Positions 1 through 9,134 of a stretch of DNA of 34,648 bases are shown here, piece after piece. The DNA comes from Candidatus Eiseniibacteriota bacterium. GTDB lineage: Bacteria; Eisenbacteria; RBG-16-71-46. Every line of letters begins with the position of its first letter. Position 1 is the first letter of the stretch. The stretch covers positions 1 to 34,648 of the forward strand of contig JBGPFC010000037.1 in NCBI GenBank assembly GCA_041483195.1, in the 5' to 3' direction. Made by a program: the position numbers and the translations under genes. The notes below the pieces were generated by a model. The model made no database searches. It was not told the origin of the DNA and saw nothing but the letters and a program-made list of their open reading frames with translations.

Positions 1-2
1 AG

Positions 3-1190
3 ATCTGGGGGGTGGTCCCCGATGGCAATGGGGGCGCCTACCTCGGCTGGGGATCGAGTCACGGCGCGACCGCATTTGACGATGACGTGTATGCCGTGCG
101 CTTCCTCCCCGACGGATCCCTCGCCCCCGGGTGGCCCGCGAGTGGGTTCCCGGTGGTGACCCTCCCTGATCAGCAGTTCCTCACCAGCGTCGCCGCGGAT
201 AGTGCGGGAGGTGTGCTGCTCGCGTGGTATGGCCATGTCGGCATCGGCGCAACCGTCGCCTTCGCGCAGCGGTTGCGTCCCAACGGCACGATCGCGCCCG
301 GTTGGGGACTGAACGGAGCGCGGGTGAGTGATACCCCGGGGTTCCAGTTCTCCCCAATCATCGCACCCGATGGTGCGGGCGGTGCGTACGTGGTGCTCCA
401 GGCGCAGACCAGCAACACCGGAAATCACGGCTTCGTGCAGCACCTCACCGCGACGGGAACGCTGGCAGCGGGCTGGCTAAGCTCAGGCTCGGCCCTCGTG
501 AACCCGACTTCGGGATCATATCACCAGCAGGACATGGTCATTAGCGCGGACGCGAACGGCGGTGCAATCGTCGCGTGGAACAATTCCAAGAACGGAGACC
601 AAGATCACATTTACGCCCAGCGCTATATCGGGAACGGCCCCACGCCGACGCTGGCCTCGCTCGTGAGCGCGGAGGCGTTCCCCGATCGCGTCGCGCTCAC
701 CTGGAGCGGCTCCGAGGGCGCGCTGCTGGACGCCACGATCTACCGCCGACCCGAGGGGGAGGTTTGGTCCGCGCTCGGCCGCGCCGCATTCGACGGCAGC
801 GGTCGGCTCACGTTTGAAGATCGCACCGTCGCCGCCGGCGAGCGCTATTCGTACCGTCTCGGCTGGCTCGAGTCCGGCCTCGAGCAATTCACCACCGAGA
901 CCTGGGTCGATGTCCCCGCCGCACTCGCTCTCACGCTCGAGGGTGCGCTTCCCAATCCCGCCGTGGGCGCGCTCAACGTCGCGTTCACGCTGCCGCGATC
1001 GGGACGTGCCTCGCTCGAGCTGCTCGATATCGCGGGCCGTCAGCTCGCGCAACGCGAGGTGGGCGACCTCGGCGCGGGGCGGCACCTCGTACGCCTCAAC
1101 GAGTCACGCCGCACGCCGCCGGGCGTGTACTGGCTCAAGCTCACGCAGTCGGAGCGCACGCTGGTCAAGCGCGCGGTCGTGATCCGGTAG
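3..1190 (+). CDS. Secreted repeat (probable beta-propeller) protein with C-terminal FlgD-Ig/T9SS-type sorting-like domain; 5' end truncated by window
   Basis: Frame open from window start. Four repeats like (V/I)xxDxxGG(A/V)xxxW plus GxLAPGW-type repeats. C-terminus PNP...VAFTLP...LELLDIAGRQL...GVYWLKL...VVIR*. Confidence 0.75.
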   Translation: MWGVVPDGNGGAYLGWGSSHGATAFDDDVYAVRFLPDGSLAPGWPASGFPVVTLPDQQFLTSVAADSAGGVLLAWYGHVGIGATVAFAQRLRPNGTIAPGWGLNGARVSDTPGFQFSPIIAPDGAGGAYVVLQAQTSNTGNHGFVQHLTATGTLAAGWLSSGSALVNPTSGSYHQQDMVISADANGGAIVAWNNSKNGDQDHIYAQRYIGNGPTPTLASLVSAEAFPDRVALTWSGSEGALLDATIYRRPEGEVWSALGRAAFDGSGRLTFEDRTVAAGERYSYRLGWLESGLEQFTTETWVDVPAALALTLEGALPNPAVGALNVAFTLPRSGRASLELLDIAGRQLAQREVGDLGAGRHLVRLNESRRTPPGVYWLKLTQSERTLVKRAVVIR

Positions 1191-1267
1191 CTCGCGCCCT
1201 CCCCGTCTCTCGCAGCGAAACGCTTCAGCCCGAGCCAGCTGCCGGTGAGCAGCTCCCACGCATCGGC

Positions 1268-1273
1268 TACCAT
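1268..1273 (+). promoter_or_regulatory. Putative -10 element (TACCAT), leaderless-type start
   Basis: TAnnnT 7 nt upstream of in-frame ATG 1281; no clear SD. Confidence 0.4.
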
Positions 1274-1280
1274 GCGCGGC

Positions 1281-3431
1281 ATGGCAAGAGTTCGATCCAG
1301 CGTGGCAAGCCCCACCGCGACTCCGGCACGCTCCGCCCCCGCATGGCCATGGCTCCTGCTCGCGCTCTTCATCGCGGCGTGGGCGTGGCGCTTCTTCTAC
1401 CTCCGCCGTCTCGCGCACTCGCAGCTCGCGGGATCGCTCAACGCGGACTCGTTGTGCTACTGGGAGTGGTCAGCGTTCCTGCTGCGCGTCGGGCCGATGG
1501 GGCGCAACCCGTTCTACATGGGCCCGCTCTATCCCTACGTGCTCGCGTTGCTGCGCCTCGTGTTCAAAGACGCGATGGGCTCGGTGCTGCTGGTCCAGGC
1601 CACGTGGGGCGCTGCCGCGACGGTGCTGATCGCCGACGCGGCGCGGCGGCTCACGCGGCCGGCGGCGGGGCTCGCGATCGGGATGCTCGTCGCGGGCTAC
1701 CAGATGGCGGTGTTCTTCGACGGCCTCGTGCTCATGGAATCGCTGCTGTTCTTCATCGAGTCGCTGCTGTTGTGGGTGGTCGTGCGGGAGTCATGGACCG
1801 CCCCGCGGCGCGCGGCGCTCGCGGGCGCGGGCGTGCTGATCGGGCTGCTGGCGCAGGGCCGGGCGACGGCGTCGGCGCTGCTGATCCCGCTCGCCCTGCT
1901 GATCTTCCAGGGCGCATCGGGCGCGCGGGACGCGGCGCGGCGCGTGGCGCTCGTGCTCGCGGTCTACGCCGCGGTGTGCGCGCCCGCCGCGATCCGCAAC
2001 TACGCGGTGTCTGGCGAGTGGATCCCGTTCACGTACAACCTCGGCTTCAACCTGTTCGTCGGGAACAACCCCGAGGCGATCGGGAGCTACGTGGGCGTCG
2101 CCGCGGGCGATTACGCGCCGATTCAGCACCACGATCCGAACCAGGATGGCGGCATGGACGGCGACGGCCGCAGCTACCTGCGCGCGGTCACCGGGATCGC
2201 GTTCGGTCCCACCGCCAGCTCGCGATTCTGGGCGGAGCGCGCGACCACCTGGGCGCGCACGCATCCGATCGAGACCCTGCGGCTCGCGGCATTCAAGCTC
2301 GCGATGATGTGGAACCGGCGCGAGTACTCGCAGATCGAGGACATCGACGAGTTTCGCGTCGTGCTCGGCCCGATCGGCCTGCCGTTTGTCGGGCGCTTCG
2401 CGTTTCTGGGAGCGCTGGCGCTCGCGGGGCTCGTGTTCGCGTGGCGCGCGGGCGGGCGCGCGCGGTTCGCGATCGGCTACCTCGCGGTGATGACGCTCGC
2501 GATCGCGCCGTTCTTCGTGACCGATCGCTACCGCGTTCACCTGGTCCCGGCCGCCGCGCTGCTCGCCGCGTTCGCGATCGCGGAGGCGCTGCGCCTGATC
2601 CGCACGCGCACCCGCGCCGCGACGATCACGCTGGGTGCGGGGCTCGCGGTGGGCATCGCGGTCGTGAACCTGCCGCTCCCGAGCCTCGACACCGCGCGTC
2701 CGGCATGGGACATGGCCTGCGATCTCGGCGATCGCTGGCTGACCAGGTCGCGACCCGACCTCGCGATCCCCGAGTACGAGAAGGCGATCGACATCGAGCG
2801 CGCCGTGCGTTTGCGCGGGAGCCAGACTCCCGCCGGGAAGCAGGCGCACGCCGAACTCTACCTGCACTACGGGACCGCGCAGCTGTTGCTCGGGCGCGTG
2901 GACGCGAGCGTCGAGTCCTACGCGCGGGCCGAGCAGCTCGCGCCCGGCGCGGCCCCGGTCGCGGCGGCGCTGATGGAGGCCGACGCCGCGGCGGGCCGGT
3001 TCGATCGGGCGCGGGATCTGTGCGCGCGCATCGGCATGCCCGCGAGCGAGGCGGCCCTGGGCCTGATCCGCAAGGCCTCGGTCTCCGCGAGCGTGAACCA
3101 ATTGCCCGCGGCGGAGCGCCTCCTGCTCGGGGCGATGGCGCTCGACAGCACGCAGACCATGGCGCGGCGCGCGCTGATTCGCCTCTACGTGCAGACACGC
3201 CGGTTCGACGAGGCGCGCGCGGCGCTGCGGCGCGCGCGCGCCGCGGGATACGGCGGGGGCGGCGCGTACGCATATGAGGCGCTGATCGCCGCTGCGCAGG
3301 GCGACGTGAAGCGGGCGAGGCGGGCGCTCGACCGCGTGGAGCCCGCCGCGCTCGCCGCCGATCCCGCGCTCGGCGAGATCGTCGAGTACGTGCGCGGCGT
3401 GATCCAGCTCGCGGGCGGGGGCGCGCGGTAG
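1281..3431 (+). CDS. GT-C fold (PMT/GT39-like) membrane glycosyltransferase with C-terminal TPR repeats
   Basis: Many TM segments; D-x3-Y after TM1, PLYPY, 'ESL', NLFVGNNP, DRYR; TPR-like helices (AIPEYEKAI, ASVESYARAEQLAP). Start placed at ATG 1281 (1272 possible). Confidence 0.75.
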   Translation: MARVRSSVASPTATPARSAPAWPWLLLALFIAAWAWRFFYLRRLAHSQLAGSLNADSLCYWEWSAFLLRVGPMGRNPFYMGPLYPYVLALLRLVFKDAMGSVLLVQATWGAAATVLIADAARRLTRPAAGLAIGMLVAGYQMAVFFDGLVLMESLLFFIESLLLWVVVRESWTAPRRAALAGAGVLIGLLAQGRATASALLIPLALLIFQGASGARDAARRVALVLAVYAAVCAPAAIRNYAVSGEWIPFTYNLGFNLFVGNNPEAIGSYVGVAAGDYAPIQHHDPNQDGGMDGDGRSYLRAVTGIAFGPTASSRFWAERATTWARTHPIETLRLAAFKLAMMWNRREYSQIEDIDEFRVVLGPIGLPFVGRFAFLGALALAGLVFAWRAGGRARFAIGYLAVMTLAIAPFFVTDRYRVHLVPAAALLAAFAIAEALRLIRTRTRAATITLGAGLAVGIAVVNLPLPSLDTARPAWDMACDLGDRWLTRSRPDLAIPEYEKAIDIERAVRLRGSQTPAGKQAHAELYLHYGTAQLLLGRVDASVESYARAEQLAPGAAPVAAALMEADAAAGRFDRARDLCARIGMPASEAALGLIRKASVSASVNQLPAAERLLLGAMALDSTQTMARRALIRLYVQTRRFDEARAALRRARAAGYGGGGAYAYEALIAAAQGDVKRARRALDRVEPAALAADPALGEIVEYVRGVIQLAGGGAR

Positions 3432-3509
3432 GCGCGCGCGCGTGCCGGCGCGGGCGGACGGCCCCGCGCGCCCGGCCCCGCGCCGATGCCCGCGCCCGTG
3501 CGCGTGAGT

Positions 3510-3515
3510 TAGTAT
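3510..3515 (+). promoter_or_regulatory. Putative -10 element (TAGTAT), leaderless-type start
   Basis: TAnnnT 6 nt before ATG 3522 in an otherwise extremely GC-rich context. Confidence 0.5.
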
Positions 3516-3521
3516 CCCGCC

Positions 3522-4073
3522 ATGGCTCAGAAGGTCACGAGCGTCACCATCAACCGCGCGCCGGTGCTTACGCTGTGGGCGGCGGTGGTCGCGGAGCGCC
3601 TCGGCTTCGCGCGCGGCGAGGCGCTCACGCTCGGCAAGTCGCTGGCGGGGCTCAACGCGCAGTCGAAGGGCCTTAACCTCGGCATCTTCACCCCGCGCGG
3701 CGCCGCCGACACCGCGAAGGCGAAACGCGCGATCAAGCCCGGCGAGACGCTGGTGGTGGACCTCATGAGCCGCGCGATCCCGGCGGCGCGCACCCCGGAT
3801 GGGCTGCGCGCGCTGCACGACGGCAAGCCGATGACCGCGGAGAGCGTCGAGCGCTACCTCGCAGGCAAGTTCGAAACCTCGCTCGATGCGGTGCGCGAGG
3901 CGTTCGAGGCGCTGGCGGCCTCGCTCCCGCCCGGCGACCTGGCGGCGCGCGCGTTCTCGCTCTACGAGTCGTTCCGCCCCGAGATTCCCGCCGGCACGCG
4001 CGGCTGGGGCGCGAAGGGCGTGCTGGACCTCGAGCGGGTGCGGGCGCTCGGGGCGAAGCGGCGCGGGAAGTAG
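3522..4073 (+). CDS. Conserved hypothetical protein (NRAPVLTLWA...YESFRPEIP..GWGAKG)
   Basis: Globular-looking sequence with typical GC3 codon bias; function not recognised. Confidence 0.75.
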   Translation: MAQKVTSVTINRAPVLTLWAAVVAERLGFARGEALTLGKSLAGLNAQSKGLNLGIFTPRGAADTAKAKRAIKPGETLVVDLMSRAIPAARTPDGLRALHDGKPMTAESVERYLAGKFETSLDAVREAFEALAASLPPGDLAARAFSLYESFRPEIPAGTRGWGAKGVLDLERVRALGAKRRGK

Positions 4074-4118
4074 GCGGATTCGCGGTCGAGCGACGAGCGC
4101 GGCCGGCGCGATCGCCCG

Positions 4119-5732
4119 CTACGCCAGCATCGCCTCCACCTCGTCTGCCGCCGCGAATCCGGCGGCGATCGCGTTCTCGATCGCGGGCACGCCGTAGCGG
4201 TCCTGCTGCGCGAACGCGACGCGCCCGAGCGGCGCGGACAGCCGGTCGAGCGCGCCGCCCGCGAGCTGCCCCGGCTGCGCCAGCACCAGCGGATGGCCCC
4301 AGCGCGCGAGGTTAATGTCCACGATGTCGCGCTCCGCGAGCCCGAGCGCGTGGAGCCAGGGCTTGAGGTCGCGCCGGATCGCGTCGCGATGCCGCGGGTA
4401 GTCCTCGTCGGCGAGCAGCTCGGCGCGCCCACCATCGAACGGCAGCGCTCGATAGGCGGTGATCACCGAGTGGTCGCCCCTCGGCGATGCCACGAAGTCG
4501 GCGAGGATGAGATCGGTCCAGCTCGAGGCGTGCGGATCGAGCGGCTCGAGCCGGTAGGCGTCGTACCACGACGCGCCCGGCCTGCGCGCGAGCAGCACGT
4601 TCGCCACCAGGTAGGCTCGCCACTTCATGCCAGCTGCGATCGCCGCGCGGTCGTCCGGGAAATTCTCGACGACGCGCTTCGCGATGAAGCGCGGGATCGC
4701 GAGCACCGCGGCTCGCGCCGGATAACGCTCGACCTCCCCCCCGCGCACCGCGACCACCTCGACGCCGTCGTGACGCCGGATCACGGACGCCGCGAGCCGG
4801 CCGGTCGCGAACGAGGCGCCCACGCGCTCGAGATCCGCGACCAGCGCGTGCGCAACCCCGGCGTTGCCTCCGGGCAGCGCCAGGATGTCGCCGAACTCGG
4901 CGGTGAGGAAATTGAGCGCCGCATAGCTCGACACCTCGGACGCCGAGCCGCCGAACGACGACCAGCAGTAGTACTCGCAGAACATGCGCACCTGGGGCGG
5001 CGCATCGAGCGTTTCGAGCAGGCGGGTGAACGGCTCGCGATCCGCGCGCTCGAACTGCTCGCGCGTCCAGCCCCGGGTGCGCGGCGTCCATGGGATCTCG
5101 GGGTAGCGCGTCTCGAAGATCGCGCGCCACGCGTCGCGGATGCGTTTCGTGGCGGCGGCGTGCGGCGGGTCGGTCTCGCCGCTCCAGAAGTCGTCCATCA
5201 TGCGGCCGCCGAACAGCGCCTCGCCCTTCGGCACCTTGACCGCGTGATCCATCACGCCGATCTCGCGATAGAGCGTCTCGAGCGCGTCACCGGGATTGGG
5301 CCTCGTGAGATAGGCCGCGCCGATCGAGTACTCGATGCCCGCCCACTTCGCGGACTTCGCGTTGCCGCCCGGCGCGCTCGCCTGCTCGAGCAGCATCACG
5401 CGGCGACCGCGCCTCGCGAGCGCACGCGCCGCGACCATGCCGCTGATGCCGGCGCCCACCACCACCACGTCCACGTTCGGCCGCTTCGCGCCGCCGGCGA
5501 GCGAGGGCAGCTCGCCGTCGCGCAGGTGGTGGCCGGCGGTGAAGTCGTCGCCCATCCAGCGGCCGGAGAACGGATTCTCGGGGAACGCGCCGGCGTCTCG
5601 CGTCCCGAATGCGCCGCTGTCGGCTACCGGCGAGCCACGGCTCCCGCGTGCGCCGCCCTCGCGCCGGCCACAGCCCAGCGACCACGCGGCGGCCTGCAGC
5701 GCCATGAGTCGGATGAAGTCGCGGCGATCCAT
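4119..5732 (-). CDS. Tat-exported FAD-dependent oxidoreductase (flavin amine oxidase family)
   Basis: MDRRDF twin-arginine signal; VVVVGAGISG Rossmann motif; E..GGN; GAAY; RWGH. Start moved to ATG 5732. Confidence 0.8.
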   Translation of the reverse strand: MDRRDFIRLMALQAAAWSLGCGRREGGARGSRGSPVADSGAFGTRDAGAFPENPFSGRWMGDDFTAGHHLRDGELPSLAGGAKRPNVDVVVVGAGISGMVAARALARRGRRVMLLEQASAPGGNAKSAKWAGIEYSIGAAYLTRPNPGDALETLYREIGVMDHAVKVPKGEALFGGRMMDDFWSGETDPPHAAATKRIRDAWRAIFETRYPEIPWTPRTRGWTREQFERADREPFTRLLETLDAPPQVRMFCEYYCWSSFGGSASEVSSYAALNFLTAEFGDILALPGGNAGVAHALVADLERVGASFATGRLAASVIRRHDGVEVVAVRGGEVERYPARAAVLAIPRFIAKRVVENFPDDRAAIAAGMKWRAYLVANVLLARRPGASWYDAYRLEPLDPHASSWTDLILADFVASPRGDHSVITAYRALPFDGGRAELLADEDYPRHRDAIRRDLKPWLHALGLAERDIVDINLARWGHPLVLAQPGQLAGGALDRLSAPLGRVAFAQQDRYGVPAIENAIAAGFAAADEVEAMLA

Positions 5733-5739
5733 CGGCGGC

Positions 5740-5745
5740 ACTCTA
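5740..5745 (-). promoter_or_regulatory. Putative -10 element (TAGAGT on minus strand), leaderless-type start
   Basis: TAGAGT-gccgccg-ATG(5732); same hexamer and spacing as at 13135. Confidence 0.5.
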
Positions 5746-5859
5746 CACGGGGAGGAATCACACGGGTTGGGCGAAGAAGTGCGACGAACGAGCCATCCAG
5801 TGCACATGCGAGCATTGAAATAATTGGCTTCCTGATCTGCGCGGCATTATGTACTGTGT

Positions 5860-5892
5860 TCACGATATTTCGTGACTCACGTTATTTCGCAG
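5860..5892. promoter_or_regulatory. Tandem palindromic operator-like sites
   Basis: TCACGA-TATT-TCGTGA (5860-5875) and a degenerate copy TCACGTTATTTCGCAG (5877-5892) in an AT-rich divergent intergenic region. Confidence 0.55.
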
Positions 5893-5920
5893 CTAACCAT
5901 CTAGAGACTCGCGCCATTTC

Positions 5921-6718
5921 ATGAAAACTAGACAAGAACTGCTTGACGATGTCCTTCGGCTCGTCTGCGAGGCGGCAGACGCCGCCCTCGCCCGTGTCTG
6001 GCTGATGGGTCCTGGCGATTCATGCGCCACCTGCGCGATGCGCCCCGAGTGCCCGGACCAGAGCCGTTGCCTGCACCTGGCCGCGAGCGCGGGCGTCACC
6101 ACCCGCACCGACGGGCAGTACCGGCGCTTCCCGCTCGGGGCGCGGCAAGTGGGGCAGGTCGCGATCACCCGCACCCCATTCGTCGAGCGCGATCGCGTCG
6201 CCGAGGTCGGCGTCGCGGATCGGGCGTGGCTCGCGGCCCACCGCATCGCGAGCTTCGCGGCATTCCCGATCGGAAATGCGGAGCGCTGCCTGGGCGTGCT
6301 CGCGGTGTTCTCGCGCCATCGCCTCGGCGACCACGAGCTGCGATTGCTCGCGGCGTCCGCGCAGCACGCCGCGATCGCGGTCTCCATCATGCGAGCCGTG
6401 GAAGAACGCGAGTCGCGGCGCGCAGGAGCGCCTCCGCCTGAGGCCGGCGCCGACGCCACCGGCGATCCCGGGGCGCAGGAGCCCGCGGGTCCGAGCGCGC
6501 AGGCCGGGCCGCATGCGGCCGGCGTCGCGCGCGCGGACGCCGCGCCGCCCGCTCTGCGCACGCTCGCCGAGATCGAGCGCGACGCGATCGCGGAGGTGCT
6601 GCGTCACACCGGCGGGCGCGTGAGCGGGCCGCGCGGCGCTGCGAAGATCCTAGGGCTCAAGCCCACCACGCTCGAGTCGCGCATGAAGAAGCTCGGCGTT
6701 CGAAAGCCCGCGCGCTGA
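5921..6718 (+). CDS. GAF domain + Fis/FhlA-type HTH transcriptional regulator (no AAA+ domain)
   Basis: GAF (ARVWL, CLHLAASAG, FAAFPI, LGVLAVFS) with CxxCx5Cx5C. C-terminal TLAEIERDAI..VL..TGGRVSGPRGAAKILGLKPTTLESRMKKLG is an FhlA-like HTH. Confidence 0.8.
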   Translation: MKTRQELLDDVLRLVCEAADAALARVWLMGPGDSCATCAMRPECPDQSRCLHLAASAGVTTRTDGQYRRFPLGARQVGQVAITRTPFVERDRVAEVGVADRAWLAAHRIASFAAFPIGNAERCLGVLAVFSRHRLGDHELRLLAASAQHAAIAVSIMRAVEERESRRAGAPPPEAGADATGDPGAQEPAGPSAQAGPHAAGVARADAAPPALRTLAEIERDAIAEVLRHTGGRVSGPRGAAKILGLKPTTLESRMKKLGVRKPAR

Positions 6719-6838
6719 GCGCGAACGTGCCGCGGACGCGAACGTGCGGGACACGGCGGCCGCATCGCGAGGCCGCCGTCCACGCCGTGTACGCCGGCGA
6801 CGACGTCGTTTCCACCCGCTGAAATCGCGGCCAAACGC

Positions 6839-6868
6839 TTGACTCCTGAATCCGGCGCGGCCTAGATT
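6839..6868 (+). promoter_or_regulatory. Putative sigma70 promoter
   Basis: TTGACT-18 nt-TAGATT upstream of a purine-rich RBS and ATG 6911. Confidence 0.5.
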
Positions 6869-6910
6869 GCGCGGCGCCCTGCTCCCGAAACGAGGAGGGA
6901 GGTGAGGGGA

Positions 6911-7306
6911 ATGCAGCAGGGTCGGAAGCACGCAATGGGGTCGCTGGCCGTCGCCCTGATCGCGATCGGATGCTCGATCGCGGCGCCCGCGCTCGCCGCG
7001 CGTGCGATCGCTTCGAAACCGGCGATCGCCGCGAAGGCAGACGGCGCGCCGTCGGCGAAGGCGAAGAACACGCTTCGGCAGTGGACGGGCTACGTCACCG
7101 CGCTCGACAAGACCAGCATCACGGTCGAGAAGCGCGGCAAGAAACCCGCGACCAAGATGTTCACGCGGCACGCCGAGATGAGCACCGTCGGCGAGATCGA
7201 GAAGAGCGCTCACGTCACGGTGTACTACCGCGACGAAGGCGGACACGCGATCGCACATCGCGTGGTGGTGAAGAGCGAGACCGCGGCGAACGCCGGCGAT
7301 CGCTGA
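6911..7306 (+). CDS. Small secreted basic protein, OB-fold/DUF5666-like
   Basis: Signal peptide ending ALA; GxVTALD..SITV...V(T)VYY...A.RV pattern; RBS GAGGGG. Confidence 0.65.
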   Translation: MQQGRKHAMGSLAVALIAIGCSIAAPALAARAIASKPAIAAKADGAPSAKAKNTLRQWTGYVTALDKTSITVEKRGKKPATKMFTRHAEMSTVGEIEKSAHVTVYYRDEGGHAIAHRVVVKSETAANAGDR

Positions 7307-7450
7307 GCAATGCCGGGCCGGGCGGGCCTCCGCGCCCGGCGCCGGGATCACGCGCGGGTTTCGGTCGGTGCCGGCCCCGCGAGTCACGCGCCTCCCCATT
7401 TTCGGTGGCAATCGCGCCGCGTGGCGTGCAAGGTGGCGCGGACCGCGACC

Positions 7451-9082
7451 ATGCCACCCTCCCGACGATCGAAACCCCGCGACGAGACGCCCGCGCCCGC
7501 GCGCGACGGCCTGCCGTGGCTGGCGCTCGGGCTGCTTGCGGTGCTCGCGCTCACGCTGTTCACGCGCTGCTTCAGCATTCGTTTCGTGGGCGACGACTAC
7601 ATCCTCCTCGACGCCGCGAAGCGCCTGCCGTTCCTCGAGCTGCTGAGCGGCCGCGCGGGCATTCCGGGCTTCTATCGCCCGGTTTCGCGCGAACTCTACT
7701 TCTGGCTGTGGGGCCGCGTGCTCGATCTGCCTCCGGTCGGATATCACGTGGTGAACGCCGCGACCTGGGCGGCATCCGGCGCGTTGTTCTTCGCGTTCCT
7801 CCGCCGCTGGCTCGGCGCGCGGGTCGCGACTTTCGCGCTCGCGGCGCTGGTGCTGTTTCCGCCGGGCGGGGCGCTGCTCTCGTGGATCTCGTGCGCGCAG
7901 GACCTGATCGCGCTCTTCTGGTGCGCGGCGGCGCTGGTGCTCTACCAGCGCGGGCGGCACGCCGCGGCCGGCCTCGCGGCGGCGCTCGCCGCGCTCTCGA
8001 AGGAGACCGCCGTGCCGTTCGCGCTCGCGCTCGCGGCGTTCGAATGGGCGGCGACGCCGAGCGCGCCGCCGCGCGAGCGCCTCGCGCGCCTGCGCCCCGC
8101 GTTCGTGGGGCTCGCGGCGAGCCTGGTCGTCGCGGTTCTGGTGCGCGCGCTGTGGCCGGCGGGTCGCGCGATCGCGGTGTGGTCGCCTGCCGAGATCATG
8201 AACGCGTGGCGGCTGCCCGCCGATCTCGCATCCACCTTCGCGCCGCCCCACACGCCGGCCGGCATCGCCGCGGCGTGGCATGAGGTCCCGCTCGGCCTCG
8301 CGCTTCCGGCGCTGCTCGCGCTGCTCGTGCCATTCATCGCGCCGCGACCGGCCGCGGCCCGCGGGGCGCACCCGCCCGCCCGCGCCGCGATCGGGTTCGC
8401 GCTCGCCGTGATGCTGGTCGGCGCGCTTCCGGTCGCGGTGATCGTCGAGCGCTGGCGCGGCTACTACTTCTCGATCGCCGCGCTCGGCACGAGCCTGCTG
8501 CTCGGGCTCGTGCTCGCCCGCATGCGCCCGTGGCTCGCGGCGCCGCTGCTCGCGGCCGCAGCGCTCGTGAGCTACGGCTCGAACTCGGTCTACCGCCCGC
8601 TTCCGAACACGCGGGGCGCGGGTCGGCACGCTCACGCCAACTACGCGTTCTTCCGAGACGCAGCGGCCGTCACCGGCCAGATGCTCGCGACCCTCGAGCC
8701 CTATGGCGACTCGCTGCGCACGGCGCGGCGCGCGGTCGCGCTGGGCCTGCCGCCGGGCGTGCTCTACGACACGGTGATCGGCGCCGGGCTGCGCGTGGCG
8801 TGCCGCGACACCGCCGCGCGCGTGGTGCGCATCGAGGACTTTCGCGCGGCGGATGCCGTCGCGCCGCTCGCGTTGCTCGCGTTCGATCCGTCGCTGCTCG
8901 CCTTCGAGTTCCGGCGGGCGGGCGCGGCCGAACGCGTGACGCTCGGCGACTCGCTGCTCGCCCGCGGGCGCGCGACCGAGGCCCTCGCCTGCTACGCAGC
9001 TGCGAGCGCTCTGGGCGACACCTCGTCGGCGCTCAGGCGAAGGCTCGGGGCCGCGCTTGGTTCGCGGACCCCCGTTCGTTAA
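7451..9082 (+). CDS. GT-C-like polytopic membrane protein (putative glycosyltransferase), short TPR-like C-terminus
   Basis: FVGDDY after TM1, FYRPV, GYHVVN, ALSKETA motifs; multiple TMs. Start placed at ATG 7451. Confidence 0.65.
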   Translation: MPPSRRSKPRDETPAPARDGLPWLALGLLAVLALTLFTRCFSIRFVGDDYILLDAAKRLPFLELLSGRAGIPGFYRPVSRELYFWLWGRVLDLPPVGYHVVNAATWAASGALFFAFLRRWLGARVATFALAALVLFPPGGALLSWISCAQDLIALFWCAAALVLYQRGRHAAAGLAAALAALSKETAVPFALALAAFEWAATPSAPPRERLARLRPAFVGLAASLVVAVLVRALWPAGRAIAVWSPAEIMNAWRLPADLASTFAPPHTPAGIAAAWHEVPLGLALPALLALLVPFIAPRPAAARGAHPPARAAIGFALAVMLVGALPVAVIVERWRGYYFSIAALGTSLLLGLVLARMRPWLAAPLLAAAALVSYGSNSVYRPLPNTRGAGRHAHANYAFFRDAAAVTGQMLATLEPYGDSLRTARRAVALGLPPGVLYDTVIGAGLRVACRDTAARVVRIEDFRAADAVAPLALLAFDPSLLAFEFRRAGAAERVTLGDSLLARGRATEALACYAAASALGDTSSALRRRLGAALGSRTPVR

Positions 9083-9134
9083 TCTCCGGCCCGGTTCCTC
9101 TCTCTCACGCCGCACTTCCTCCCTGGAGCCCATT

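Noticed and set aside
3432..3505. GC-rich intergenic hairpins as terminator
   Set aside because: Imperfect stems with no U-tract; indistinguishable from background at this GC content.
5824..5840. Possible sigma54 promoter near the GAF-HTH gene
   Set aside because: GG-GC spacing is 11 nt, not the required 10.
6721..6747. Direct repeat GCGAACGTGC x2 at 17-bp period downstream of the regulator
   Set aside because: Only two short GC-rich copies; not a CRISPR array and too dissimilar to the upstream operator to claim.
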